A stretch of 64,000 nucleotides of DNA, from assembly GCF_009914755.1 (NCBI RefSeq), contig NC_060938.1, one strand, 5' to 3'. The notes beneath the pieces were generated by a model, which searched no databases, had not been told where the DNA came from, and saw only the letters and a list, made by a program, of their open reading frames with translations. This DNA comes from the human T2T-CHM13v2.0 reference genome, Homo sapiens. The stretch's first letter is position 1, and every line of letters starts with the position of its first letter. The position numbers were made by a program, and so were the translations under genes. This document shows positions 11,893 through 26,536 of this stretch, in pieces.

Positions 11893-13989
11893 TATATAGT
11901 ATACCGCATAAGCAGAAGTGTCATGTGGGAATTCTGAAAAAGCTCCTTAAAAGGAGCTTATCTTTCTAGCTTTTCTTCCTTATTCTCTGAAATTCAAGTG
12001 TGATAGCTGGGAATCCAGGATCCAATTTAAATTGTGGGCCTACCTCAAGAGAGAAGTCATGTGCTAAGAATGGGTCCCTGATGACACCATGAAGCCACTA
12101 TACCATCTCAATAATCTCTATCACTAGACTGTTTTTCTGTGAGACAGAATTGATGCTTATCTTTAGTTATTATTTCTAAATTCAGAATTAGCAGGCAAAC
12201 AATTTTTAATAAAAAATTACTTAATAAAAATACACAAATACATTTTTAAAATGTGAAGGCCCTATAAATAAAAGATCTGTTAATCAAATGCAAAATAATA
12301 AAAGTAATGCCCTTGAAGAAACAACTAAAAGTAACTAAAGAAATAAAGAAAACTGCATTCATTAGAAATGCTATATTTTAAAAATCTAAAAAAAAATATT
12401 GAGTAGCAGCTCATGAGAGAAAAAATAAACTATTCATTAAAAAAAAAATTAAACTGGGCCTTTAATGGCCTAAAACAGGAAATCACAGCTGAATCATCAG
12501 TATGTCATTTTTATGTAGGTAAAGATGCTATAATGACATACCATATATTCCAAGCCCTTTTTTGTAATGAGAGTTAATAAATACAGGAGGATATTCCAGT
12601 TGGCTGTAATGTTTTTCCCATAGCTTCAAAAGGTTTCCCTGATGTAAATTTGGCACTTTTACACTTAATAATCAATATTGATTTATCACAAATTTTACAA
12701 ATGGAAGATTTTTTTTAAGTGTTGCTGTGGAAGAGCATTTCCATCTTTCCTTAAAAGTTTCTTATGGGAATTTCTTTCACCATTATTCTCAATCTTGTTG
12801 AAAATGAAGCAGAAATTCCTTTAATGATTTTTTATAATAGAATATAATCTAAATTAACAGTATTGCAAACACTGCAGAGTATTAGAAATGTAATAAAAAT
12901 AAATTGCTCTGTTCCAGTGTGCTCTACTACAGTCATATTTACATCTATTCATAAGGTAACCAAATGAACTCCTGCTATTTAAGGGATTAAACACCAACAA
13001 AATTATACAACAGCACAATTATAGAAAAATGGGATGCTTCCAAGGCATATAGGTTTGACAGAGATGTTTGTAATTACAGTATTCAAGTATTCTAGCAGGT
13101 AAATTTAGCCAAACTATACCAAATACATAATACAGTGCAATTCTAACAGTGTTTTCTAATAATTCATCTAAAATCCCCCCCAAAACAAGTTAAATTAAAA
13201 TGGCTTAAGGAATATTATAGAGTGAAACATCTGCCCCTCTGCATTTTTCCAGGCATCTGAAACTGGAAAGAGAAAATTAACATCTCCAATTCCTATCGGT
13301 ACATTTTCAATCTTATGGACAAATTTTTACCTCATATTTTGCCACTATAATATTTGAACGACTTTTAGAAAAATAGGAACAAGAACAACAACACATTATA
13401 TGGGTACCTTGCAACACTTGGAGATGTAAATGACCTTTACATCTGTCAGTTTACAATTTAAACTCCATTCAACATCCAGGTGATTGAAAGCTATCAATAA
13501 GATATGCGAAACTAAACTGAGGCATAAGAAACAATATACATTAAAGAGGACCATTTTAAATGTTCATGTAAGTAGCCCAATTTAGGACCAATGAATCAGA
13601 GAGCATTAACAGTACACTATTCCTACACACATTTGAAATATTTCAACCCACTAGATTAATGTAGGGTTAAATATTGCAAGGATTTATATTTACCTTCTTT
13701 GGATTTTGAATAAAGCTTAAAAAGATAAGAAATGTAAACTAATTTTGTGCTCGATTTTCTACTGGGGATTTTTCAATAATCGTCTTCATGTAAACCCCAG
13801 CAGTAAATATATTGTAGTCTTCAATTTGCAGATGACTAAATTGAGATTCAAAAATATTAACTAACTTTCCTACTACTGCACAATTAGTAAATAGTGCTTC
13901 CAGGGTTCCAACAAGCATCTGTATTGACTGTTTTTCTACTGAAAGTCACACATATTTATTAAAGACTTATTCGGCCAAATTATTTATTA

Positions 13990-14170
13990 ATGCATCTCAT
14001 TTAACCCTCCTAAGAGTCACATTAACTAAGTACTAGATCCTAAATTTACAGATGAGGAATCTGATGCATCAGAAAGGAAAATGATTTTCTCAGATCCCAA
14101 AGTAGTACATGAACAAGCTAGGATGGAAGTCCTACACCATCTGAGTCCAGAGCCTGTGCTCAATCTCACT
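13990..14170 (-). mobile_element. MIR (a second copy lies at about 13760-13930)
   Basis: Core tttacagatgaggaatctga. Confidence 0.65.
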
Positions 14171-14719
14171 TTGATGTTAAGAGACATTGACTCCAGTAGC
14201 TTTAATTTAGGTAGATCAGGAAACCTTTCTCCAAGAACAAGTGAAAATGGAAGGCTGCTGTAACTCTTGGTAAAGTGAGCACACATTATTAAATTTTACT
14301 CAGCCATTGTAAAGTTTCCTATACATATTATATTTCTACCAGATTTTTTTTCCTAATTGAAATAGCAATGAAGAATAAAACACAAAGTTATCCTATAATA
14401 ACACTACCTGGGTTTCTTGGAACTGAATGTTCCTGGTACGGAAAAAATAAGAAAAAGAAAAAAAAATTGAACCTTCGTGTTGGAAAAAAAAAAAAGGGAG
14501 AAGATGGAGAATTCAAAAGTTAAAATAAAAAAGGTCTGAGAATCTTCTGAAAACAGAGTGTTCTTCTCCACAAACAGCAGGGAAATGATAGGATATAATT
14601 GTTAACATACTGGCAGCTTCCAGACATATGTCTTGAGTAGCAAATTAGATATTTTGACTTTTGTACAAAGATGGTAAGATCAAATGGGTTATGGGGGTAG
14701 ATGGATAGGAAAGTTCTCC

Positions 14720-15265
14720 ATATGATTGCCCCATATGACCACAGGATACAGTTTCCTGGACACTCATCATCTCATTCCACTTTTGACTAGAAAGTCTTCT
14801 TTCAATTCAGGGGCCAGAAAGCTAAAATCTATGTTTACCAGACTCCCTTGCTCTAAGCTTGCAGACAGAGTTTGGGTTATATCATGAAGAATTCAGAACC
14901 AGATTAAGTGGGAAGAGATGTGCTTGGTAAAGCATCAGTTTTTGTTGGTGCAAATCACAGTATACATAGTCAAGAAACAGATCCAACAGTTTTAGGGCAG
15001 GCTTCTTAATCCTTTGATTATAACTAAGGTACATTTTTCTTGGACCTTGGTAGGGAGAGTTACTTTGGATTCTAACAGAAGAAGCAGTTCTCTTGGTGGG
15101 CAAGTGCTGTGATATTATTCTGTATGTTATTCTTGCAGGCATAGCCTTAGGACATTTCTCTGCAGACTTTATGTTTTGTAAGGAATTAATTACCTAGAGT
15201 AATCCACTTGTGTTTAAACAAGCTAAATGAATTCTATTGTCTGCAATTGAACCCTGACTGATAAA
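14720..15265 (+). mobile_element. LTR33-like old ERVL LTR
   Basis: ggccagaaagctaaaa..ccagactcccttgc and 3' end ctgcaattgaaccctgactgata. Confidence 0.5.
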
Positions 15266-18244
15266 CCTTTTCTCCCTTCACTCTCCACCAACCTCAATGA
15301 GGTTCACCTTGAAAGCCAGGCCAAAGAAAGTGAAGTGTAAAGTCAGTACTACTATGCCACCTCTACAGCCCCCACTCTCCAAAAGTATGCTCCCTCCAGG
15401 GAATTACCTGTGGTACCTATAAAAGAAAACCGCAGCTTTATTCCAAAATGATAAATCAACACCATAGACTCTAACTGCCCAGTGAAATTTATTTGTTGAC
15501 AGATACTCTTAGCTGCCTAAGTATTATCTGTAAACCCATGAGTTTAAATGATGGTTTTCAATTCTATAATTTTAATGACAGAAAGAGGAATGATGGAAAA
15601 TAGGAGGGCATTGGTAACTAAAGAGAGAAGTGGCACCATCAACAGAGTGTGAACAATCAGAAGTTACGTTCTGCTAAATGAAAACATTACTTGGTACTAT
15701 TTTAAACATGCAGAAGCTACTCTGCGTAATTCATAAAGACTTTAATGTGCCTTCAACTGAAAGTAACTGCTATTATAAAAGAGTTTCACACTCAGTATTT
15801 AAATTATCAGTGTACTTACACTTTAATAAATAACTTTATAAAGTTTAAAACTAAAAGTTTACTGCTTGATAGTAAATTATGTCACCAGTTCATCTATCCA
15901 TGTAAAGATAAAACCAATATCTGCAAAAACCCATGAATACTTAGTTTCATCCTGACATAAATGAAGATATATTTCACAATATTTACAATCATTAGACCTT
16001 ATAACTGAGAGAACTGCATATAAAACACTAAACTATATGTTAGGTAAAATATAAATAAAATTCTTATTACAAAACCGATATATTAAAATCTATGTCAAAA
16101 TTACAATGCGTATGATAAAGATTTGGTCGTCTCTCCTTACGCGCTTAGTTTTCAAGCTAGCAATTATGTGAACATATATTCAACTTGCATCAGTGTACTG
16201 TCCTTGATTTCTTAAAAATCCAAATTTGTACTTTAGCCTTGGTTGTCATTTTCTTAAGGATATCTCATTGCTTTGAATACTCTTCATGTGATATGTAGTA
16301 TGAGTAAGGTGGGTCATTAAAGCAAGATGGCAGAGGGAGAATAAAAATGAGGAATTACTGGTCCTAAAATTCAAAGAAAAAGATGTTACTATAGAAAATT
16401 TTACGCAAAGGGCGGGAAAACAACATTTTGTTACAGTTTATAAAAGAAACCATGCTATGTGGTTAACTAAAAGGCAAAGTATTGACCTGATAGTATATTA
16501 GACTGTTTCAATTCAAACCTACATTTAGACATTTCTGAGAACATTTCACTCCCACCACAAGGACTGGGGAGAGAGAACTCAAACCTTTAAAAGTTATGAA
16601 TTAGAACCCCTACTAATGGATCTCTCTATTAGCCTCACAACTTGCACTCAGGTCCTCTAAGAAAATAGGTGACACAATTGAAACTATTCAGCCTGTTTGT
16701 TGCCTCCTGAACTATTGAGGGTAACCCTTAAAATGTTTTCGTCTACCTGGCTAGTTCAAATTAAAAACAGCAAAATATCTTTTTTAAATATTTATTTTTC
16801 TTGTCACTGAACTTACTTTTTACATTCAGATAATAAGACCGACAATCACATAGCAATAAAAATAAAATTACCAGACACAGTAACTTAATATTGTCTTAAT
16901 AATATATGTGTGTGCATATATGCTATAAATACTTATATCATTAAATTATAAATATTAAATGTAAATATTCATATTATATATTATATAAATGCATATATGT
17001 AGATATATGTGAAACCATAATCATAAGTCATCTAGCATAATAACAAACCCTCTAGTATACAAAATACCATAAGGTAAATTATAGACACCGTTTATCAATT
17101 ATCAATTAAGGTTTGGACATATCTGAAATTTTGGTTTATCATAGCAATTTTCACATACTGTATTCCTTAAGTAAAGGAAATGATAAAAACCTAGGATCTC
17201 AGTATTCCGAATGCACATCTACCACTGCAGCTTCTATACTTGATTCCCAAGAAGTCCTGGGATATTAAATATGTTCAAATATCAATTTCTCTGGCAAGAG
17301 TACATGTTAAAGATACAACACCAAGAGGAAATAAATACATATTAAACTTATCAGGCCACAGGAAATGACATACATTCCAAGACGCTACTGTGGCACTTCA
17401 TGATAAGGATTTTTGCCTCACCTAATACATTTATACATTCATTATTTTAGGTAACAGTCTCACAGCAACTCTCATTACAAAATGAATACAATACACATAA
17501 GACTTCCAACAAATAGCAGATGCTAGAGTTCATAGAAAGGCATTGTATTATAAAAATGTATTTTTATCCTTCCCTAATATTCTCTGATGGAAGTATTTAC
17601 TTAATTTTGTCACTTCAGTCAATTACGGTATATTTACAAAGCTGGCTTGTCTTTTATTAAGAAATTAGTGTTCATATGTGTAACAATTTGAACACGTAAT
17701 TATGATATCTAATTATATAATTAGAGTATGTTGAAATGATCAAAATCTTCATTATCTTATTGATTTTAAAAGAGTGTGAGATATTTCTTAAGCATCTCAA
17801 GCATCACTTACAATATTGTCTTCCAAATTGCTTACTTTCCAAAGTTAATAAGACTTGAAAGACAAAGAGAAGCTAATGACAGAAGTCACGTATCCTACTG
17901 GGTCATAAAACAATTTTTGCATATCACAACCTATGACATATCAAAATGCCTATTAGTAATAGCTCATGATTCTTTGGTTCAATCATTCAATTTATTAATT
18001 TATAATACATTTATTACTTAAAAGTTTTGACTGGGAAGAAATTTTCTTAGTCCTGGAATTATGATACAAAAAAGTTTCAGTGTCTTTTGAAGGAGGAGGT
18101 TTTATTGTTTTTGCTTTTTTAGAAACTCATCCTCGAAAGAATAATGTGAACAACTAATGGCAATTCAGACAGTGTAGGCAGAGGGGATCTTAAAAACCTT
18201 TCTGTTCCTCACAATCTTTGCTAAATGCGTAGATTAATAACAGT

Positions 18245-18720
18245 TATCTTAGTCTGAATCCTTTAAAAAGACCAGAGCCTGAAGCAAGGATTAGAGTACT
18301 GACATTTTCTTTGAGAGGTGCAAGCTCAGGAAATGAAGATGAGAGAAGAAAAGGGGATGGACAATCTTGTGGCAAGGAAAAATGTGAGGAAATGCAAAGG
18401 ATGTGTTGTTCGTGATATGCCTTTCTTCTGCATACCAGATTATCTGGAAGGTTTGCAAAGGGAAAACATACTTCCATTGCCATTCCCTGATGGGAGAAAT
18501 AATAATAAATTATCTGTCTTATCCCTTCCTGTTCCTGTTTCCCATATATCTAGACTCATGCCGAGAGGAACTAACTTTCCCACATGGCTGAGCTTCATTA
18601 GCTGACCCCAGTGGCTGCTCAGGAAGCCATATCTGAAGGCTAAAATTGGCCTTGGGAATTAAACACTTTACCAATGCCAATGCGTGGGTCCAAGGGTCAA
18701 GAAGCAGAGAGTCAAAGGTA
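18245..18720 (-). mobile_element. Old ERVL LTR (LTR16/33-like)
   Basis: tcttagtctgaatcc..cagagcctgaagcaaggatt resembles a reverse LTR 3' end. Confidence 0.45.
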
Positions 18721-18760
18721 TGGTTAGAGAAAATGTGTTACAAGCAAAAAACACGGTGGG

Positions 18761-19215
<455 letters not shown>

Positions 19216-20399
19216 TTAAGTAGGCAGGATGCTTTCTTCGAATGACCTTTTAAAACAAAACAAAAACAAAAACAAAAAACCTGATTTTGCTAGTGATGTC
19301 TTCTCAAATGCTTCCCTAGTTTCTGGGCAAAGATAGATGAAGCAATGATAGCATCCCGTAAGTGATTGCTAAATAAATAAAGAACCATTTCAGTGCCTTC
19401 TGAGAGCAGATAAAAGGATGCTGTGTCTTTATACATTAGCAAAGTATTAAAATACCCAATAATCAACTAGTTTGAAAATGTCCAAAATAAGTTAACATAA
19501 AATATCAGCTTTTAGATTTTGGAAAAGTTTATTTTCAAGAAGCTTTTTCCTGAACTGGGCCATAAACTATAAAGAAAAGTCTCCATGAAAATGCACTCTA
19601 ACTTTGCTTGCAAAATAAGCCAAGCTGTTAGAAACCTTGTAAGGCACCAATTTAATATCTCCCTCTGACCCAGTTCTTAGAAATGTTATCAAGTTACCTA
19701 TTAATATAACTTACTAGTGCAAATACCCTGAATGTGGAGTACTTATAATATTCAGGTTCCTATAAAAATAGCTATTGCCTCCCCAAAAGTAGAGCAAGTC
19801 TTCCCTATCCCACAACCTAAATCTAATTTGACAGACATTATTAATTCAGATTAATAATGCCAGAGAATCTAGTGCATTAAAAAAGAAAGCCTTGCTAAGG
19901 AAAAAAATCATTTATTGGGCAGGAACCAAGAAGGTAAGGTCCTAAAATCTAAAACACCTTAGTTCCCTGACTTAAAAAAAAAATTAAAATCACATTAAGC
20001 AAATTGGAGAACTCTAACTTCTAACATAATCAAATGATTTGCAACACTTATGAGCCGCATTTTACGCCCGGGTCTCCCAGGCCTTGCCCTTAATGCAAAC
20101 TTACCTTTATACCTCTGAATTCACCTGAGACAATGCAGTAGAAATGATTCTAAATAATGAGTAGGACTTTTAAACATAGTTTTACAGGTAAAAATGATGG
20201 CATATTTCTTCTCAGTCACTGAAATGGGGCAAAATGGAAACAACAATCAAGATATTCTTTCTGGAATGGTCACAGATTATCACTTAGCTGCACAAAAATA
20301 TTAGAAATAAAATAATTGTTATACGAATATATCTGTTCGTAGTGGATGTCGAAGTGTACTGTCAAAAAGTAGCAAATTAAAACTCCATATCCATGTATA

Positions 20400-21115
20400 T
20401 GGCATGCACCATTCACCCAGTTCCTCATATCGAAATTCTTGAATCACCTCCATATGCAGTCCCTCAACAAAATTCTCCACTCAAAATACATTTGATCTAC
20501 TTTCTTCTACTACTCTAAATATTCATCTGCTTGCCCAAGTCACCATCATCTCTCCCTAGACACAAGGTCCACCTTCCATTCTTGACCCCTCTAATCTATG
20601 TCCCAAATTGCAGCCAGAGTGATCCTGTTAAAACACAAGTCACATTCTAACTGCTTAAATCCTCTTTTGGCTTCCCATTGCCCAGAAAATGGAACTCACT
20701 CCTGTTCACCAGGCCCTATATCCTTCCTCATATCTTGTCACTCACCCCCAGTCACTGAACTCAAGGCAAACCTACCTTCCTGAAAGACACCAAGAGTCCT
20801 CCTGCTTCAGAGCCTGTACTCTTTGCTGTCTCTCTTCTTTTAACTTCATGCAAGCCTCTGCCTAAATGTCATTTCATTGGAGTAGGCTTCCCTGAACACT
20901 CTATTAAAAATAGCAGTTTCTATTATTCCCAATCACCACATCTACTCCAATTTTCTTCAGCACACTTACCAATATCAGAAATCAGAACATATATGAATTT
21001 GTGTATTACCTGTTTTTCCCTAAAAAATATAACTTTCATGTGGGCTGAGATCGTGTAGATCTTGTTGATTGCTTTATCCCAGCACAGTGCCTCACACTTA
21101 GTAGGTGGTTAATAC
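20400..21115 (+). mobile_element. L2 3' portion
   Basis: gcagccagagtgatcctgttaaaa..ggcttcccattg..cagcacagtgcctcacacttagtagg. Confidence 0.75.
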
Positions 21116-22752
21116 TCACCTCCCTTCTATGACATGCTGCTGTCTTTCTTTAGAATATTCTGGGTAAGCATTGACAAGCAGAAATTATCTCGGTAATGCC
21201 CCCATGTAATTCTAAGGGAAATCTGTACTCTAAGAAATTCAAGGTCTTACGTGCTTACAAAACAAAACAAAACAAAACCCAGATTACCTATTTAGGAATA
21301 ATAAAAACATCAACATTATTAATGAAAATGTTTGTGTTATAAATTACCCTATGGACCGCTCAAAAAAAATGTGGAAATGCCATGTTCCCAGACGGGCATT
21401 TACTCAGAGAATAAGATTTATGAAAAGACTTTAAAGCTTAGCAGTGTTAGGAAGAATAGAAAGTAAAAGTTCAGGAACAAAAAGGAGATATATTCATTAA
21501 TTTCTCCACATATAATGATGTAAAAACAAAATAAAACAACCCAAAATACACTGTTTTTAGTAAAACTATGACTAATGCAGAGGACCCCAAATAATACAAA
21601 ATGATTTATAATAATATTTTTTAAATTAATAGAAAGTAAGGATGAGCTAAGAGGTAGAAAGTTTAAAATGGGAAGAAATATCTCAATTTTTTGTTGTAAG
21701 TAAATTGTGATCGGCTCTGCAAGAATCTCTTTATTCTTTACCAAAAACTCCATTACTGGTGTTTATGTAGCTGGGTTTAGTTGTTCTCAGATAACTATCA
21801 AACGTAAATTATCTTCCACAAATTTGAGTGCTACTATCGCCATCATAAAGTTGTATTGAGGGCCTAATATGAACCTCATGCTAGCTTGGGGGAAACAAAA
21901 CATATTATGTGACCCTGACGACCGTAACCTTTACGAAAGTCAAAATTTATTAAAAAAAAAAAAGGGCTCTGATAAGTGCTAAATTAAATTACGGACAAAT
22001 TCTGTCACATTGCTTTAGTTTCCTGGACTAGTATCACTGAGTTGAAACATATCATTATTTTAATCATAAATATTTCACTATAGGCTTCTACTTTAACATG
22101 TCTAATATAAATTACTGTACATTGTGTAAAATAATTTATAAACTTTCTAAGGGATGAGAAAATCAGCCTTCTCAAAAAGATGTGTTTGCATTGCAAAAGG
22201 CAAGTAATATGCTTTGATCAATTTGATGTGAAACATAAAAAGCTTCTTTCATAGAAAACAGATACCAGGCATACAATTTTAATTGAAGAGAATTTTTGTT
22301 ACTTCTTAATATTTCAAGGGAACACATACCAAAAGGAGCTGTAAGTCAGTTATTTTATTATTACCTTTGGCTATTTTACTATTACATTTCAATAAGATAA
22401 TGAATTTTCCTTTGGGGAAAAAAAAGTTTTCAATGCTTAACAAATGAGATCATTCTAAATTAAATTATCTGCCTGAAAAGACACTATTTTAATAAATATT
22501 TGATTGAATAAAAGTTATTTTCCTCCACATACACAAATGTTATTGCATCCTTGCTTTTTGAAACAACGGGCTTTATATCAAAATTTTATATCTTTTTTTA
22601 GGCATACATTTTTTTCCCAGAGTTTAGTAGCAATCTTTTTCTCTATATATTTCAGTCCTTGAAACATATTGTGCACATTCAGTGTTATAACCTTGTCACT
22701 CAAAGAGCTGATACAACACAAAGTGATTTCACCAAAAATAATGGAAGGATAG

Positions 22753-23071
<319 letters not shown>

Positions 23072-24990
23072 TAGAAACATTTTTTAAGAAGAAGAATATT
23101 GTGCTTGTCATGTTCAGTTTCTTGAACCGGGTTATAGGAGTGTGTTAAGTTATGAACATTCAATAAAACAGCAATCATAATAATAAAGAGTAACTAGTTT
23201 ATTAAAAAGTTCAAGAAGCACTGTATTTTGTCAGTGTCTGGAAAAATAACACCAAATGTGCCTTTCTTTGTGGATACTCCATTTAGGAAAAGGTACAAAT
23301 TGGAAATGAAAAGGAACGTGGTATGGGAGTGGAGAGAAAAAGAAGTATTTGAAAAGAAGTCTCAGAAATCATGGATAGAAAATAATTAATGATTATTACT
23401 ATGTAAGTAGTGCATGTCTTAGAATATTGCACACACAACTGAGGGGTTTTAGCAAAAAATACATTACCCAGAAAGGAAAATGTAAAGCAGAAGCAGTGTG
23501 CTAAATTGCTGTTGCCCTCTCCTGATCTCCCAATTAGTGAGCACTTAGCCAACTCTCTTGAAAGCAAATACCTCTAAGGAGGGTGTCACTTAATTATTCA
23601 TATTTTATTACCAATTACTTTAATCAGATGATTTCTTCATAACATTTGGCTGAATCAGCTAAATTTGGAAATGTTATGCATACCATCCAAGAGTATAAAG
23701 AGGCACATGTGTGATTTTAGAAAATGGGTTATTTGAAGGAAACTTGCTCCAGATATGTTTGTTGAAATCATTGAGGGTTTTCATGTTCTGCTTGAAAACT
23801 TAACCTTTAGGAGTGGATGACCAATCCAGGAGATGGGCTTTCAGAGTCACTTGATGTTGCAAAGTTGATCATTTAAAAGGTTACTTTAATACTTCCTTAA
23901 AACAAGTGTAACTAATTCAACTCTCAGGAAGCTTAAGATGGCCTGGGGGAAGGGAAATACCTTAAGTAATCCTAACGAAAGCTAAGTCTGTGCTTTATGG
24001 TTGGAGGCACATGCAGGCAAAATGGTGAAACCATTGCTCTCCTTCAGGCTCCATGCACTTTTAGATAAACATCCAAACATCCTCATATTGCCTCAGGCTA
24101 TTTTCATAGGGCCAACTCCCTGGGACTTAGAAAAATCCTATCTTTTCCATTAAAATGTCAATTCCTTCACAGGATAGAAGAAATTTAAAAATTATTGTGT
24201 TTGTTTTTTGTGTGTGTTTCTTTCCATTGTAAAAATTTGTTAATTTTAGAAAGGTTTTAGTTGTTTGCTTTAGCAAAGGTGTTTTCTTTAATTAAAGGTC
24301 ACTCCTTGAACCAAAAGTTTAAGTCGCCAGTGAATTATTTGTGGCCCAAATTATTTATATGAATAATTATGTGAAAAGAGTAGAAATGTTGTCCCAAACA
24401 CTTTCATCTCCCAACTCTTTTCCTCTGACTGTCCTGCATTCCATAATGTTTCATTGTATCATAAAACCCTAGCACATATTTTATGATTTTTCCACTGAGG
24501 TAAAAAAAAATGTTTAACATTCAATTGGCAAAGTGATGTTTACCTACCAAGAATATTTTTGCATAGGGGAACAAAACAAAATAGCTAAATTGAAATCCCT
24601 TCTTTACTATGAAATCATTTTGTGATCCTGAAGAAGGTACTCTTTTTTCTAGAACTTCATTTCCACATCAGTAAAATAGAGACAATTATATCCAACATAG
24701 AAGGCCATTGTGAAGAAAAAATGAGATGGTGCATAGAAAATGACAATAGGTGTTGTTTTTATTTTCCTTAGTATCTTTTCTGCTTCCCTGGCACTTAATA
24801 AAACCTACTAAGTGTCTTATCCTAATAACCTATGAAGATTGCTACTATTTCATTTAGAATAATTGTTCATACAGATTATAACACCTTCCCCACACACACA
24901 CGCTTGCAGTTCTGCTTTTCAATAATTACATAGTTATTCAATGGTTTGATAAAATATTGCCTTGCATAGAGGATATTAAACTCATGAAAC

Positions 24991-26536
24991 TGAGAGGTGA
25001 CAGCGTGCTGGCAGTCCTCAGAGCCCTCGCTTGCTCTCAGCACCTCCCCTGCCTGGGCTCCCACTTTGTGGCATTTGAGGAGCCCTTCAGCCCCCCACTG
25101 TACTGTGGGAGCCCCTTTCTGGGCTGGCCAAGGCCGGAGCCCACTCCCTCAGCTTTCAGGGAGGTGTGGAGGGAGAGGCACGAGCGGGAACCGGGGCTGC
25201 GTGTGGCGCTTGCGGGGCAGCTGGAGTTCCGGGTGGGCGTGGGCTTGGTGGGCCCCGCACTCGGAGCAGCCAGCCAGTCCTGCTGGCCCCGGGCAATGGG
25301 GGACTTAGCACCCGGGCCAGTGGCTGCGGAGGGTGTACTGAGTCCCCCAGCAGTGCTGGCCCACCGGCGCTGCGCTCGATTTCTCGCTGGGCCTTGGCTG
25401 CCTTCCCGCGGGGCAGTGCTCGGGACCTGCAGCCCGCCATGCCTGAGCCTCCCACCCACTCCATGGGCCCCTGTGCGGCCCGAGCCTCCCCGACGAGCAC
25501 CACCCCCTGCTCCAGGGCACCGAGTCCCATCGACCACCCAAGGGCTGAGGAATGCTAGTGCAGGGCACAGGACTGGCAGGCAGTTCCACCTGCAGCCCCG
25601 GTGTGGGATCCACTAGGTGAAGCCAGCTGGGCTCCTGAGTCTGGTGGGGACGTGGAGAGTCTTTATATTTAGTTCAGGGATTGTAAATGCACCAATCAGC
25701 ACCCTGTGTTTAGCTCAAGGTTTGTGAGTGCACCAGTCGACACTCTGTATCTAGCTGCTCTGGTGAGGACGTGCAGAACCTTTACATCTAGCTCAAGGAT
25801 TATAAATACACCAATCAGCACTCTGTATCTAGCTCAAGGTTTGTAAACACACCAATCAGCACCCTGTGTTTAGCTCAGGGTTTGTAAATGCACCAATCGA
25901 CACTCTGTATCTAGCTGCTCTGGTGGGGCCTTGGAGAACCTGTGTGTCTAAACTCTATCTAACTAATCTGGTGGGGATGTGGAGAACCTTTGTATCTAGC
26001 TCAGGGATTGTAAACACACCAATCAGCACCCTGACAAAACAGCACACTTGGCTCTACCAATCAGCAGGATGTGGGTGGGGCCAGATAAGAGAATAAAAGC
26101 AGGCTGCCCAAGCCAGCATTGGCAACCTGCTGGGGTCCCCTTCCACACTGTGGAAGCTTTGTTCTTTCACTCTTTGCAATAAATCTTGCTACTGCTCACT
26201 CTTTGGGTCCACGCTGCTTTTATGAGCTGTAACACTCACAGCGAAGATCTGCAGCTTCACTCCTGAGCCCAGCGAGACCACAAGCCCACCAGGAGGAACG
26301 AGCAACTCCAGACGCGCTACCTTAAGAGCTGTAACACTCACCACGAAGGTCTGCAGCTTCACTCCTGAGCCAGCGAGACCACGAACCCACCAGAAGGAAG
26401 AAACTCCGAACAGATCTGAACATCAGAAGGGAGAGACTCCAGACGCGCCACCTTAAGAGCTGTAACGCTCACCGCGAGGGTCCGAGGCTTCATTCTTGAA
26501 GTCAGTGAGACCAAGAACCCACCAATTCCGGACACA
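24991..26536 (+). mobile_element. LTR12C (ERV9 family) solo LTR, complete, 1546 bp
   Basis: tgagaggtgacagcgtgctggcag start and ccaattccggacaca end; 4-bp TSD AAAC; GC-rich U3, CCAAT repeats and U5 tandem repeats. Confidence 0.96.
25680..26185 (+). promoter_or_regulatory. LTR12C enhancer/promoter core
   Basis: CCAAT at 25692, 25811, 25852, 25893, 26019 and 26057; GGGTGGGG at 26073; AGATAAG at 26083; TATA-like AATAAAA at 26092; poly(A)-type AATAAA at 26178. Confidence 0.7.

Noticed and set aside
24957-25616. 219-aa and overlapping GC-rich ORFs
   Set aside because: They lie within the LTR12C U3; stop-poor GC-rich sequence opens ORFs in several frames.
25680-26480. Repeated ~41-bp and longer units resembling a CRISPR-like array
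   Set aside because: These are known internal tandem repeats of LTR12; there are no unique spacers or cas genes, and the context is eukaryotic.
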